A stretch of DNA of 64,000 nt from the human T2T-CHM13v2.0 reference genome, Homo sapiens (GCF_009914755.1 NC_060931.1), one strand, 5' to 3'. Positions 1 to 14,492 are shown, numbered from the stretch's first letter. Program-made: numbers and translations. The notes: generated from the letters alone by a model not told the origin.

Positions 1-38
1 TCTAATGTATTTAAGAACTTTATTCTATTTTTTCAGGA

Positions 39-508
39 TGTAGGAGACAGAAGGTACCACCCCCAAATGTGACTGCAGAAGACCAGAATATAATGCCCCA
101 AAATATGCTTCTTTAGTATAACGATTATTTTGAGCTGATTATTTTGAGAAATAGAAGCTCTGAAAACAGAGAAGCTACTCTTTGAAAGGAAAATTTACAT
201 TTATAAAGGAAATCTCCAACTTAAATCTGCATAACAAACCTTATTCATATTTACCATACTTTTCCTAGTTGCCTTTCCTTAACTCATGTCTCACACCCTT
301 TTTGCTTATTTGTTTTTAGCTGAAGATTATATTTAAGCCTGAATTCTAAGCTTCTTTTGGTTACTCATTTCCCTGCGTATTTTCTATGTATATATGAGAT
401 GTACATGTTAATAAATCTCTATTTTTCTCTTGTAATCTGTCTTTTGTCATAGGGTCCCCATTCAAGAACATAGAAGGATAGAGGAAAAATTATTTTTCTT
501 CTACTACA
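39..508 (+). mobile_element. ERV1 solo LTR, MER34 family
   Basis: TG...CA ends; start resembles MER34 (GACCAGAATATAATGCCCCAAAATATGCTTC...GATTATTTTGAGCTGATTATTTTGAGAAA); AATAAA near 409; ends AAATTATTTTTCTTCTACTACA. No clean TSD seen. Confidence 0.75.
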
Positions 509-610
509 AAATAAAAGGACAAAATATTTTAATTATAATATTTTAAAATCTATAGTGAGGTACAATTTTTCTTTAGGCATTGGAAAACTTACGTGGTAAA
601 TATATGGTAT

Positions 611-1063
611 TGTTAACCCAAAGGAAACAAGCTGAGACAAGGTTAATGTAATTAGAGAGTTTATTGGGCCAAGCTTGAGGATTCCAACCCAAGAGCACAG
701 ATTCAAATTTCCCTGAATACACACTCCAATTAGTAGCAGTTACGAGTAAAGTTTTAAAGGCAAAAAAGAGGCAACAGGGAGTGAGTTGATACAAAGTTGT
801 TTGTCAGGACTTTCACTGGTTGACAAAAATCACATTGATTAGTGATTGGCCAGATATTGTTAAGCTATAGAACGTGAGTAACAGTATCCTGTGTGGATTA
901 GGTTAATTTATAGCTACCTGTGACAATAGCAAGCAGTTTCAGGAAATGAATACAGAGCTCAAACCAGGGAGCAGGATGTGATCACTGTCTCACTTTAATA
1001 TCTCTCTGGGCCTGATATTTTAAAAGATTTGCATTCATCAGACGAAAGTTATGTTCTTTACTA
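611..1063 (-). mobile_element. 3' LTR of the MER65-like provirus
   Basis: TGTTAACCCAAAGG...TTTATTGGGCCAAGCTTGAGGATTCCAACCC aligns with 6590-7091; minus-strand AATAAA; adjacent to the PPT. Confidence 0.85.
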
Positions 1064-4000
1064 ATTTCCCCTTTTTGATCAAAAATCTTTTTTATGAAAA
1101 ACACTAGTGATCAAAATTTGACTGCCAAGTGTCCCTTACTGCCAGTAAATCTCATTCCCAGGTAGTCCTGTCAAAGTAATTGATCTATGGTTGCTGTCAT
1201 TTGCTAAATCTTACCTGGTCTTCAAAGTACCATGAATTTAGTTTTTTTAGAAGTAAAACAATGAGACATAAATAGCATTAATAAGTTAAATAGCAGAAAT
1301 ATAATGCAAACAATGATTACAATCAAAAGAGACTTTGTATGTCAGAATAGGGAAAAAATACTCTGTTAGGGAGTCAACTAAAAACATCATGAAGAAAATT
1401 AAATCCATATTCTTCTTTAGAGATGTCTCGTAGCACTGAAGTAAGTCAGGATTAAGTCCAAATGTAGGTAAATAATAAAGCTCAAAAACAATGGAAAAGA
1501 CTAGACTCTAACAACAGGTGTACTAGTTTTCTTCTGAAATACAATGTTTTCTTCCTTGAGCTCTCTATTTTTTCCAAAGATAAATCTTAGTAGGACAGAT
1601 TTATTTGCAATGTAAGGTTTAGTCCTCTTATACTTGGCCTGATTATTTGCATTAAGTGCAACAAGAATAGTGAATGGCCATATAATCCCCTTTAAATTGG
1701 CTTTGCTAGGATTTTTACATAAGGAACATCCAATTCCACTTTTAAAAGCCTTGAGGCTATTCAAACCAAAGATTTGCCATGAGACTGTCTACAATAATCA
1801 TAAAAATTGGGAGAATTCTTCTCTAGGTCCCAAAATAACTTGAGGTTCCTAGGCCTGTCAGAAAGTGACATTCTTTACTTACCACAAGGATAGAAACCTT
1901 GTAAAAGAACTATGTATTATTACACAAGGTACGAGCCCAGTGTTTCCAAGGGGCTTTTTGTCAGCTCTGCAAAGTCAATTTTAATTCATCAAAGCATTCT
2001 GGTCACATCCAAAATTATGCCATCCCAGTCAAAATCTGGGTTAAAATAACCAGTTATCTAACTGTGGCCTGTGACAAAAGAAAACAGATTTTTATTGAAC
2101 TTATGCAAATGATCATATTGCCATAAATTAAGAATATACACGAATAGTTTTCAAATCATGAAGAATCTGGTAGAGAAGGGCAAATGTTTCAGTTTTACTC
2201 ACAAAAGTATGCTTTACTCAATTGCTATAAGCTATAAATGGCTCAAAAAGAAAAAAAAAATGTTTTCTTGACCCTGGAAAACAAAACATAAAAAGAACCA
2301 ACAGTATTTCAACCAAAAGTCATACAGAAGTATTTAAGTCCAAAATTGTTAGTTTAGTCCCATGTAATTAATTCCTGTTCTGCCTGATGTTAAGAATCCT
2401 TTTGAACGTATCAGCTGTTTTTTATTAGAGTCCTACAGTTTTTCTACCTACCTCATTGGTATGATCTCCAAAATTATCAGAAACCCCTACTGAAGAGCAT
2501 TTGCTAGAGTCTTTTCCATAAATGCTTTTACATAAGGAGCAAATTTTAAACTGTAGCAGATTATAAATCACTTTTTGCCAAAAATCAAAGTAAACTAATA
2601 ATTGTGGATGACAATAGTGTTAGAATAGCCATGGTTAAAGACACAATTGACAAGAAAAATTGGTTGTTTCTGTTACCTACAACAATTTAACATCATAATC
2701 ATAAAAATTTTCAAAATCTCATATAATTTTGGAACATATATTAGTAACACATTTATACAAATATAACCCCAAAATAGTTAAAAATAACTTCATGTTTTAC
2801 AATATTTCATATCAAATAAGCCTAATATGTCTCTCTTGGACTTCCAGAGGCCCTAAATGTCCAAAAAGTTAGCTTGCGGTCAAAAGGACAAAATTTAGAA
2901 TTGAAATTTGACTTTAGAAAATTTGTCAAATATCAAAGGTTTAAAATACTTGCTGAAAATATGATCACAGGTCACTGTAAAATACTGATGATTCATTTAG
3001 CCAAAGTGATAATTCAAAAATTTTTAAAAGCAAAAAGCTTTACTATTTGAGAAAGGGAAGATGCGCTTTCTCCAATTATCATAATACCTAATATTGACAC
3101 TGTAAGGCAAACAAAATCTTTTACTCCTTTCTCTTTTTTTATGCAACTTACTCAAAAGGAAATAAAAAATCTTTTATTATCTCATGAATATTATGTGGAA
3201 AACCAAGTTAGATTTGTGTCACTATATTATCAATGCTAAAGCTAATTTTAATAAAATCTTACAAACAAATCTATCCAATCTCAATCAGCTTTGACCATAC
3301 TGATAAGATTTCCATAAACCTTTTATAAACTCTTGCAATTTCTATTAAAAAGCAGATCCTTTTTATTCTGACACAGAGGCCCAGGATCTGGCCCTGCATC
3401 AGTGTACTTTTGATGTTAATGCTCAGTTTTAACTTATTTTAAATTAAAATAACCCCCTTTTAATTTTAGCCAACCTGATCACACACAAAATTCCATTCAA
3501 AAAAATCGGTCTTACATAAACCTTCTACAACTTCCTTAAACCTTCAGTTTTCATCTATCACTTTAACTTAGAACAAAAATTTCCTTTCCTTTTCCCCTTA
3601 TTTTGAATACATAAAGTTCTCTCCCACATAAAGGAAAAATTTCTCTCTTTTAAACTTTCTCTACTTCTTAACTTTATATGCTCTGTATATAGACATGTTT
3701 CTCATATCCAACAGTTTTAATTGCATATACTAATTATAATTTTAACTCTTAGTAGCCCTTATTTTTAGTGAAAAATTTAGAAAGTAAGCAATTTTAAATT
3801 TTAATCATGTACGAGATGCAGTATCCAACACAAAGAACAGAGCTGTAAAGACAATGCCTGAAAGATCTAATATCATCTAGCATGGCCAAGAAGCATAGCT
3901 GGGCCAGGAAGGATGGGGCCCAGGTGTTGTTCCCAGTCTTCACTATGTTTACTTGTCTAGACCCCAGAATTTGGGGCTTAAAACTGAAGACAAGCTTATA

Positions 4001-5330
4001 GTAAGATGTGTATAAGGCTTTGGAGGACCCCAATAGTCAGCATTTACAGGTTTAAGTCACAACTTAAGCAAATATGAAAAGTACCGCAGAAGCAATAGTT
4101 TTATGATTTTAAAATAGTTTAGAAACAGCCTAAATGTGTCTGACCAGCAGACTCAGGCAAAAATGTCTAAAAATTTGAAGATGTCTTTATTTTACCAACT
4201 ATTTTAAAACTATTTTTTTATTTACCAAAAATTACTAAAGTTATAAGAATTTGAAAAGTATTTGGGCTAGTTATGTAATTTATGAGGATTCACCTTTAAG
4301 TTAATTTGCTAACGTGTAGACAATATATATTGTCTACATATAAACATGTACAGACATATATATATATGTAGACACAACATATAACATATACATGTACTTG
4401 TGTATGTATCTAAAAGCCAAATGCAAAAGAGCTTAATGCAAAAGAGAATATAACCTTAGACTTGAGGAATCTGCCCAGTTAACAATTCTTGGGGTTTTAT
4501 GAGGAAAAACAGAGGTTTCTCCCAAAAAGAGGAGTCTCTGGAACCTTTTCTGATTTCCTTAAGGGATCCCAGGCTGTTAGAAAGTTTTTTAGGTTCCCTT
4601 ACGTGGCATCAAGGGTGGTAAGAGGAAGGAGGGACTGACAGAAGTAAATGAAGAAACAGACAGAAGGGGCACATATGGTTATCATGGTTTTAAGAACAGA
4701 TAAATTCAGTAGACTGATAAGTTTTTACAGAAGGAGAACAGAGCCCTTAAAAAGATATATATGTATGAATACATATGGTTATATATGTGTGTTTATATGT
4801 ATAGGTGTTTATATATGTATGTATACATATATATCCTAAATATCAGTTTTAATTAAGTTCACATTTAAGTATACAGCTCTTAAAAACATCCTTTTAAATT
4901 TCTTATTATCAGATTTTAGCTGGGACAGTCGATATTTCAGGATTTTGAATCTTTTTTAGCTGAAGTACATTCCCAAGTGAAACTAATAAGACTTAACCAA
5001 GGTTGCAGCTTAACCAAGAATATACATGGTGTCTTCAAAGAGGTGGAAAGCAGTGCACATGGAATCCAGAACTATCTCAAAGACAGCACAAAGAAAGGAA
5101 TGTTTTGCTAGCCACAGATGAAGCATAATCCATATCTCTGTCTGGCCGTATTTTTTAGGGTCTCAGCTTTTGAGCTGACCATCTACACATAAAAGCCCAA
5201 AAGCCTCATGTGCCCCCGATGAATGAAAGGAGACAGGAAATCAAAAGCTGTCCGTGGAAGGGAAAAGGATCAAAAACAAATAAGCACCCCTAAAAGTCGA
5301 AAGTGGTGTAAATGTCAAATCAAGAGAGAC

Positions 5331-5407
5331 TGATTCCCTGACCAGGAACTGAACCCGGGTCCATGGTGATGAAAGCACAGAATTTTAACTACTCAACTAC
5401 AATGTGG
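5331..5407 (-). pseudogene. Degenerate tRNA-Glu(TTC) copy inside the ERV internal region
   Basis: + strand TGATTCCCTGACCAGGAACTGAACCCGGGTCCATGGTGATGAAAGCACAGAATTTTAACTACT aligns with the reverse complement of tRNA-Glu-TTC (TGGTTCCCTGGCCGGGAATCGAACCCGGGCCGCGGCGGTGAAAGCGCCGAATCCTAGCCACT). Anticodon loop CTTTCA is retained; many differences fit CpG decay. Confidence 0.8.
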
Positions 5408-6566
5408 AGGCAGCCTTCATTGTTAATCCCACAGGAAAGCTAAAGCAGGTAGTTTGAGTTTACAAAGGATTTTAACTTTTTTCAGATCCGATCTTAGCTG
5501 GAATGCTGCTTAGCTAATTCCCTGGATGTTGGCATTTGAACATCAGTATCAGTCATTAGTCCTGATTGGAAAAAAAGTTGTTGGATATGCATTTTTATAA
5601 TCTCAGTGGCTTTATTTTTACTCATTTCCCCATTTTGACTATTAATCTTTTAATTACCTGTTTTATTGCCCTAAGCAATTGTCAGCTAGGAACAAAGGTA
5701 TGTTTTAGAGTTTCGTCTTATTCATTGAGTGGTCTTTTTACTTGAGCAAAGAACAGTTTGAGAATCAGGTGGCCCTCAGAACCAGAAGAATTCATAGTGT
5801 CTCTAGGAATGCCACAATAGGAATTTCAGGGAGAGGGGTCAAAGACCTGGGGAATTTCCTCAGGTGGTGGTGATAGATATCTTTAAATCCTGAATGGAGG
5901 CAAATTTCTCAGAATTTCTTCTAGAAGCATTTTAGGTACCATTGGAAGTAAGTCTCCTATTTGGTTCTAAAACTAGCTTTTTCTAATTGTGCATGCAAAT
6001 AAGTTATTTTAGGTATTTTTAAAATTTCCATTTTTTGTCATTGTGTTTATGACCATCCCAGGTTAGATGTGTCCACACTCTGAGGTATATATAAGAGCTG
6101 CCATAAGTGTTATACATAAAACCAGCTGGTGTTTAACTAATAGGAGTTGGTCACAAATGAAAAATCAAGCCTTAATTTCAAAAATACAAAAGCAGATGCA
6201 TTTTTAAAGTATCCTATGTAAAATGAGACCACTAGTGCCTAACTGTCAATTCTGTGACCCAAGCCTCCACTGAGAGACAACAGTGGAAAAAACTTTGACC
6301 TGAACCCCACCCCGAGACAGAGGTAGAAAAAAGGCAGCTCTCTGCAGAGCTCTTCACCCTGTTCTACCCAAAGACAGAGACTACAGCACTCACTCTTAAA
6401 GGAAAGAGTGGGTCTGAAAAACAGCCAAATAAATTCTACAACTTCAACCAAAAAGTGGTAGGAGAATTCACCCAGCATGCCAGATGGGAATTCCAAATAC
6501 GAAATGTTTGTGCTGCTACCAAGCACCACTTTCAGAAACACTGGGTAGTCAGACAGAGTCACTCTT

Positions 6567-6586
6567 AATCCTGCTGACTTATGCCA
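6567..6586 (-). other. Primer binding site, tRNA-Ser type
   Basis: + strand AATCCTGCTGACTTATGCCA resembles the tRNA-Ser 3' end AATCCTGCCGACTACGCCA; it lies about 3 nt from the LTR boundary. Confidence 0.75.
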
Positions 6587-6589
6587 GAT

Positions 6590-7091
6590 ATGTCAGCCTA
6601 AAAGGAAGAAACTGAGGCAAAATTAATATAAGTAGAGTTCATTTGGGCCAAGCTTGGGGATTCCAACCCAGAAGGATAGATTCAAGTTGCCCTGAATATA
6701 CACTCCAATTAACAGCAGTTACACGTGTATTTTTAAAGGCGAAAACAAACAAACAAAAACAAAAACAAACAAAAAAAAAACAAAAAAGAGGGGTGGCGAG
6801 ACAGGGAGTGGGATGATACAAAGTTGTAAGAAATTCTTGCTGATTTACAGAAATAACATTTATTGGTGATTTGCTATGTGTTGTCAATCTATAGGTGGTG
6901 GGTTGCAGTGCCCCATATGGCATTATTAGGTTAATTTATAGCTATGTGTGGCAATAACAAGCAGTTTCAAGAAATGATACATAGCTGAAAGTGGAGCATA
7001 GGATGTGACTGCGGTCTCATTTTAGTATCTCTCTGGGTCTGACAATTAAAAGGACTTGCATTCCTCAGAAAATAATTCATTTCTTTTCTCC
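6590..7091 (-). mobile_element. 5' LTR of the MER65-like provirus
   Basis: TGTCAGCCTAAAAGG...TTCTTTTCTC; homologous to 611-1063 but carries an expanded A-rich (AAAC)n tract at about 6742-6787. Confidence 0.85.
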
Positions 7092-7653
7092 TGATTGTAC
7101 TTGAGTAAAATAAAATAAACACAAGAGAATCTACATTATAATTTTCAAAGTCCTCTGAATCTATAAATACCCGCAAACTTACTAGGTCAATAAGGCATTC
7201 AATATTTTTATCAACATATAGCCTAAATAAATCAATTCAAGTAATAAATATTCTATAATATCTTTCATTTTTTTCTATCTTTGTCCAGAACTGAGGTTAC
7301 ATTTTCATTAGAATACTATCAGCATGTCTGAAATTGCTACGCAATAATTTTAATGTTTTTTCCTAAATACTAACCTGCTGCAAATATTAAAGAAGAGAGC
7401 TACCATCAAGCAATATTAAACCTAAAACATATTTATCACGTTAGTAATAAAATTTCACAAATTTATTATCAATCCCATTTTGTGGGATTAAGTCTGAATG
7501 CAAAAAGAAAGTCAGAACTTCATATCTCCTAATTTCTTGTAAACATTTGTTTTCTTGTATTATGCTTAGTTATAATAACACTAATAATTCTATTAAGCAA
7601 TTTTTTAATCTGCTGTGCATATTGATTCTAAAATGTCTATTATATCATATACA

Positions 7654-8340
7654 TGTAGGGATGAAGAAAATTTTCCTTCCCCACTGAAAGTTTGAATTTA
7701 AATCTGTTGAAATGAGTTGATAGATTAACAGAGAAATAAGTTACACAAGTGTTATTGACATGCATAAAAACAGGAGAATTGCAGGAGAATGACTACCAAA
7801 CAACCCAGCAAGGTACAGATGCTTATATACCCTTTTTATATAAGGAAAGAAGAGATGGGGTGAAATGTAGTCATTTTGAAGGGTAGTAAGTAGTTTTTAA
7901 AGGGCATAAATAGGCCCAGTGCTCAGATAAAGGACAGTAAATAATTCTCTTTGGGAACTGAGTGGGACTGGAGAACAGAATATGGTGTGGGACAAAGTTC
8001 ACCTGGACTCTAAGTGTGGTGTTTAATTTTCAACGTCTTCTGCTAATGTATGAGTTTTAATTTTTTTAAAGTGTATTTTTACAATCTCAGTAATTTTAAT
8101 TTTTTCTGGTTAATGAAATTTCAGGGAGGGATCAACAGTAACTGTGCTCCTTTTTGGCAGGTCTGCTTTCTAGGTAGATAAGGAAACTTCAGAGAACGGC
8201 CTCATCCTGGGCTTTGAGAGAGACAGAGGATTGAGAGATGAAGGTGGGTGAGTGGAGGGATTTGAGAAGAGACCTTGAGTTTGCTCTTTAGTTGACCATG
8301 TCAAAGCATATTTTGGGGCATCACATTCTGATCCCCAACA
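7654..8340 (-). mobile_element. ERV1 solo LTR, MER39/MER34 group
   Basis: Reverse complement starts TGTTGGGGATCAGAATGTGATGCCCCAAAATATGCTTTGACATG and ends TTTTCTTCATCCCTACA. Confidence 0.65.
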
Positions 8341-9151
8341 ACACTAAAAGATAATTAAAATGAGTACAATGATTAAAACCTTCTAAACTGAGAAAATAGT
8401 TTCTATAGTATCCTAAGTATATGTACATCACAGAGTCTTGTTGAAGGAGTATAGAATGTACCAAATATAAATGCACAAAAAGTACAAGTGGTAGCATTTC
8501 AGTAATAATTTTATTGAGATTAAAGTTGAAATTTACTCTGCCTTAGGTAACCTAACAACTGCAGAATAAAAAAAAAAAACCCAACTTCTAAAGTATTAAT
8601 GAAGCAATTAGCATAGAGATGAATGCAAATTGCAATAGTGATAGGGCAATGAAAAATTAAGAAGGAAAATTCAAGTCATTGAATACATGACTGTGTTTCC
8701 TATTCAATACCTTTGAGGATAACCTGATTTGCCCATTAAAAATGAGTTCCTGTCAAAATTGGTGTATATAAGATGCACTCCTGTTGTAAACGCTTGTAAC
8801 AGATGGCAGAACTCACCATAGAGCTTTACTTCTAGACTGTAGGCAATTTTTACACAAAGCCTTCAGTGCTGCAAAATATCTCTTATTCAAGGACCCTAAA
8901 GAATAGTACAGTAAAAAAAGAAGAGGGGAGAGAATTTATTTTTCCTTAGCATCTTTCAATGCCGTGAAGTAAATCAGGATTAACAATGACTAGAAATTAG
9001 AGGATAAAGTAAAAAATATTCTCAAGTCACACACAAAAAGATTAATGACTTCCCTTGGCAAATTACCATTATCAAAGAGAAGTTCCTCTAAAAAATTTGG
9101 TTGCATTCATTCTCACAGGCCTTTAATGTTAGCTAGAAAGAAAACACATTG

Positions 9152-9450
<299 letters not shown>

Positions 9451-12400
9451 GGAAGAGAGAAAGAAAATTCATTTATATCTGCAATAGAATTAAGACCAAA
9501 TTTTATAAATGTATTCTTTAAAGCAACCAATTAAGTAAGTTGAGTTCATTACAAAAATACTGACAGTTTTTTGGATGCTTCTTCTTTTGTAAAAGACCAG
9601 AAAAAAGAACAAAAGGTATCTGATGAAACTAACTTTCTAGTGCACTATTTATTAGTATTGATGCAATTCTAGATTTTACCACACTGAGTTTAAATAAAGA
9701 TAAAGTTGGCTTCTGCATCTGGTAATGTTAAACTAAGTAATTCAGATAATGTTTCTAACCAAGGCAATTAGAAAATCTGGGAAACATCAAAATTATCTGC
9801 TTGAAGGAATCAGGGAGATAATAAAATAGTGAAGAATGATCAGGCCAGAATCTGAGGGAAGGCAAAGGCCCAGAAAGGTGAGCCTAGTTTTGATGTGGAT
9901 TTCAGAAGGGGTAGATGAGACTCCGAGAAGTGCTCTTAACAGTCTTGTCGAGGTAAGGGGGCATGGATTAAAGTACAGTGCCCACATAAGAGTCCCTGCT
10001 GAAACCTCTGGCTTTGACTAGAACTGAAAAATAAAGAGGGGAAGAGAAAGAGAGAGAGAGGATGCAATGGACCTTTGAATCATTTCAATCCCCGTAATTG
10101 AAATAATGTGACATGAGATTGTAGTGACAAACACTTTACAGAATAAAGTTTAAGCGCTCTCTGGAGAGACATAATAATTTCATCCAACAGCTCAACATAT
10201 CTTATTTGTAGAAATGATTCAGCAAAGACAACACTGGCAGCAAAACAAAACACAACAAAATGGGCCAATGAGGAAGTAACAAACAAAACAGATCATAGGC
10301 ACTCGAGATAATAGTTTCAAATCCAAGCTCTAAAACAGCTATAACTACTATTTGCATATAGTTTAAAAGTATTGGAAATTTTCGTGGAGAAAAAATATAT
10401 TACTAAAAAATTGAATAGGAGGGATGCACTTCTAAAACAGCAGAATAAGAACTTAAAAGAAAATCAGTCTTCCATAAAACCAACAAGTGCACTTGCCAAA
10501 AATGTCAAAATTAAGTTTTTGTGAACCCTAGGAATTATCTAAAATTTTGGAAAAATCCAAAGAGTGTTTATTCAAGAAAAGTGGCTGGATCTCATTAAGA
10601 ACAACATGCTTTGTGATGTTTTAATTTAAACATTCCTTTCTCCCCTGTTCTTTGGTAACCTGGAAAACCAGTAGCCTTGCAATTACAGCAGCTGTGAAAA
10701 CCAGCAACCTAGCAACCACTGGAGGGGGCACAATAAGTCTGAAGCTCTGCAAATGCCCCATCTCCAGACTGTCACTATTTGTCCTATCTGACAGTTCCCT
10801 GAAAAAGCTCTATTCTCAGGGCTTGTCTTAAATTAATCTGATGTAGATTTTACTCTGTGTGAATAGCCCTATGTCTAGGACATTAGTCAAAAAACAAATG
10901 ATAGCAACTATTTAATTTTGCAGTTGACCGACCTGGGAAGAGGGGGTTTGAGCAGATGGCAATTAAGGTAACAAGACTTTAAAAGTGTCAAAAGGAAAAT
11001 CAGGGGAATGAGATGTTCAGACAGCACTTTGAAAACCTCTGACCTATTCCTAGAAATCTAGAAGGGCATACACATGTGTAGAACTCTGGACATGACCTAA
11101 TGAGACATGAGGAAAAGGGCCTCCTCTTTTATGTCTAGCTGACCTTGAGGATATATACAAGCAGGAAGTAAATGCTATGCCAGAGTTGTAAACTCCTTGA
11201 TGAAAGATGGAAGGGACGCCACACACGAACATAATCTCTGGCAAAGTCTGGAAGACTTTTTGGCCCAAGGCCTTTATGGAAATCTCTGTCCAAACATTAG
11301 CTTACCACTAAACTAATCTAGCAGAGACTTTAGTGGCCACACGTAATAAAGGATACAGACTTTGTACAATTATTATGGGAATATCACCAAACAAACAGAG
11401 GCAGCAGCCAGCAGCAACAACCACCAGCAATAATAAAAAGACTGGAAAGAGGGAGACACACAAAGAAATAAGAAAATATGACCCATACACAGGATGAAAA
11501 GCAGGCAAGGGAAACTGGCCCTGATAAAGTCCAGTTGTTGAATTTATAACGCAGTTATTATAAACATGTTGAAAGAACTAAAGGAAACTATGTCTAAAGA
11601 ATTAAAGTATGAGAACAATGTCTCACCAAAGAATATTAGAAACAACAGATCAATTATTAAAAACAACCAAATTTGAGGAGTACAATTACTGAAATAAAAG
11701 ATATCATAGAGAAGCCCAACAACAGATTTGAACTGACAAATGAATCAATGAACTTCAAGACAGGTCAATTTAGGATTATCCAGTCTGATGAATAGAGAGA
11801 GAAAAATAAACACATCCTTAAAAATATGATGGAAATCACAGAAAGAGAAAGTATATTTGAAGAAATTACAATATCAACAAATTCTTCCAATTTTATGAGA
11901 AACATTAATCTACACGTGCAATAAGCTCAATACATCCAATTAGGATACTTCTAAAGAGATTTATATTTTAGGACATCACAGTTCAACTGTTGAAACATAA
12001 AGACAAAGAATCTTAAATGCAGTGAGGAACAACTCATCACACACAAGGGATTCTTAATAAAATTAACAGCTAACTTCCAAACAGAAACCACAGTAGTTGG
12101 AAGGCAGTGTGATAACATACTTAAAGTACTGAAAGAAAAAGACTGTCAACCAAAGATATTATATCCTTCAAAATTATTATTAAAAGCAAAGGAGAAATTA
12201 AGATTAAAAACTGAAAAACTTTATTACTAATCGATCTTCTATATAAAAAATACTAAAGGAGATCCTTCAACTGAAATAAAAGGACACTGAAGAGTAACTC
12301 AGACCACCACAAAAAATGATAAACATTGGTAAAGGTAACTACATAAATAGAAAAAATAATATAAATGTATTTTTTGGTAATTCTTTTTCTTCTGTAATTT

Positions 12401-12573
12401 AAAAGCAACTTTATAAAGTAATATTTATAAAACTATTGATACCTTATAATGAAAAATGATATAATTTGGATGGCAATTATGCAAGAGAGAGGGAGGAACA
12501 CTATATATATTGAAGACGAGTGTTTGTATACTTTTAAATTAATTTGCTATTAAATTAATACTGCAGACCATGA

Positions 12574-12798
<225 letters not shown>

Positions 12799-12848
12799 GA
12801 TTATTCTTAATTATAATTCCTGAAGTAACCCTTAAAAATTAACCTTAA

Positions 12849-13145
12849 GGCTGGGTGCAGTGGTTCATGTCTGTAATCCCAGCATATTGGGAGGCAGAGA
12901 CGGGAGGATTACCTGAGGTCAGGAGTTCAAGACCAGTCTGGCCAAAATGGCGAAACCCCATCTCTACTGAAAATACAAAAATTAGCCAGGTGTGGTGGTG
13001 CGTGCCTATAATCGCAGCTACTCAGGAGGCTGAGGCAGGAAAATTGCTTGAAGTGGGGAGGCAGATGTTGCAGTGAGCTGAGATCGCACCACTGCACTCC
13101 AGCATGGAAAATAAGAGTGAGACTCTGTCTCAAAAAAAAAAAAAA
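12849..13145 (+). mobile_element. Alu, AluSx-like
   Basis: Full dimer; TSD ending AACCTTAA on both sides. Confidence 0.93.
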
Positions 13146-13437
13146 CCTTAAAATAGTAAAAGAAACAACAAAGAATAAAAGTTGTATACTAGAATATATC
13201 TACTTAACACAAAAAGGTGGTAATATAGGAATATGAGAACAGAAAACAATGTAAGACATACAGAAAACAAATAGCAAAATGGCAGACATTAATCCAAACT
13301 TATTAGGACAGGTTGAGCATCCCTAATGCAAAAAACACAAAATCTGAAGTGTTCCAAAATCTGAAACTTTTTGAGAGCTGACATGACAATAAAGATGACA
13401 TTGCTAACACTGCAGAAAAAGTGCTTGTACATAACAT

Positions 13438-14181
13438 TGAAACCACCTTTGTAAAATTTATAAAAGTGAGAAAATTATGACAGTGAGAGATTTGACCTAA
13501 CCAACTCCATCTTCCCTTTAACCTTCAAACTGCTCTTGGTCATTCCTGGGTGTGGGCCAAGCTAACTGTGGGAGAAATTTAGTTTATAATTTAAATGATA
13601 ATAGCCCTTCTCAAAAATAAGCCACCTTTATAAAGCTAATAAAAGGCCACAATACTAAGTTTATAAGAGGGACCTGAATTCTGCTAAGACATAGGTATAG
13701 CTAAACAATTACTAGACATTGTCTCAAAGGTCACAAGATTTGTAACTTCCACAACTACTCCTGTAAACAACATCACTATTGTAGAACCTAAGATTGGCTG
13801 TTTTAGATGTCTTTTCAGACTTTTGGATTTCTGACAACTGATGACTCCACCTGGACCTGGGACTCAATACTCAACCAATCCTGTAGCACCTATGCAGAAG
13901 AGGACTCAGAGCAGAAGGGCCATTTTCCATACTGCTCCAATTGCCTCCCCAACCAATCAGCAGCACCCATTCTTTAGCCACCCACCTAAAGAAATTTCTT
14001 TAAAAAGTCCTAGCCTCCAAATATTTGAAGAAGTTGATTTCTCAGTCTTCTGTTTAGCCAACGCTTTAAACTCTCTTGTCTTCTGTTTAACCAGCTTTAT
14101 TAAACTCTTTCTCTATTGTAATTCCCTGTCTTGTAAGTTAACCCTATTTGGACAGCAAGATGAATCTGTCAGGCAGTTACA
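13438..14181 (+). mobile_element. LTR8-family ERV1 solo LTR
   Basis: TGAAACCACCTTTG...GGCAGTTACA with a perfect 4-bp TSD ACAT. Confidence 0.88.
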
Positions 14182-14492
14182 ACATAGTAAGAATGTTTGA
14201 TGGGCTTACTGAAGGACAGCATGCATTCATAACAGTACAGGAAATCATGTCAGTATACAAAATCAAAGACACTTCTAAGACAAAAGCCATTGTTAATGAG
14301 GCAGATAAATCTCAAGGAAATGTTTAAAAATCCAGAAGAATGCCTCCTCAATCTTAGGGGACCCACTTCCTGGTCCCTCAACTACTTCTATTTCTTCTCA
14401 CCAAAAAACGATATAATCAAAACACAGCATTGTAGATGGAGATGAAGCCTGCAATTGTTTGTTGTTGCTGTTGTTTAATGGCTGATACAGGT

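Larger units (their letters stand above)
611..7091 (-). mobile_element. Two-LTR ERV1 provirus (MER65-like, MER4 group) with apparently non-coding internal region
   Basis: Direct repeats at 611-1063 and 6590-7091. Polypurine tract (+ strand AATTTCCCCCTTTTTGA, about 1063-1079) abuts the left LTR and a tRNA-Ser-type PBS abuts the right LTR, which fixes minus orientation. No gag/pol/env ORF recognised in the ORF track. Confidence 0.85.

Noticed and set aside
39-508. MER34 LTR as the partner LTR of the pol/env relic at 26-29 kb
   Set aside because: 26 kb away, no PBS follows it, and unrelated sequence lies between.
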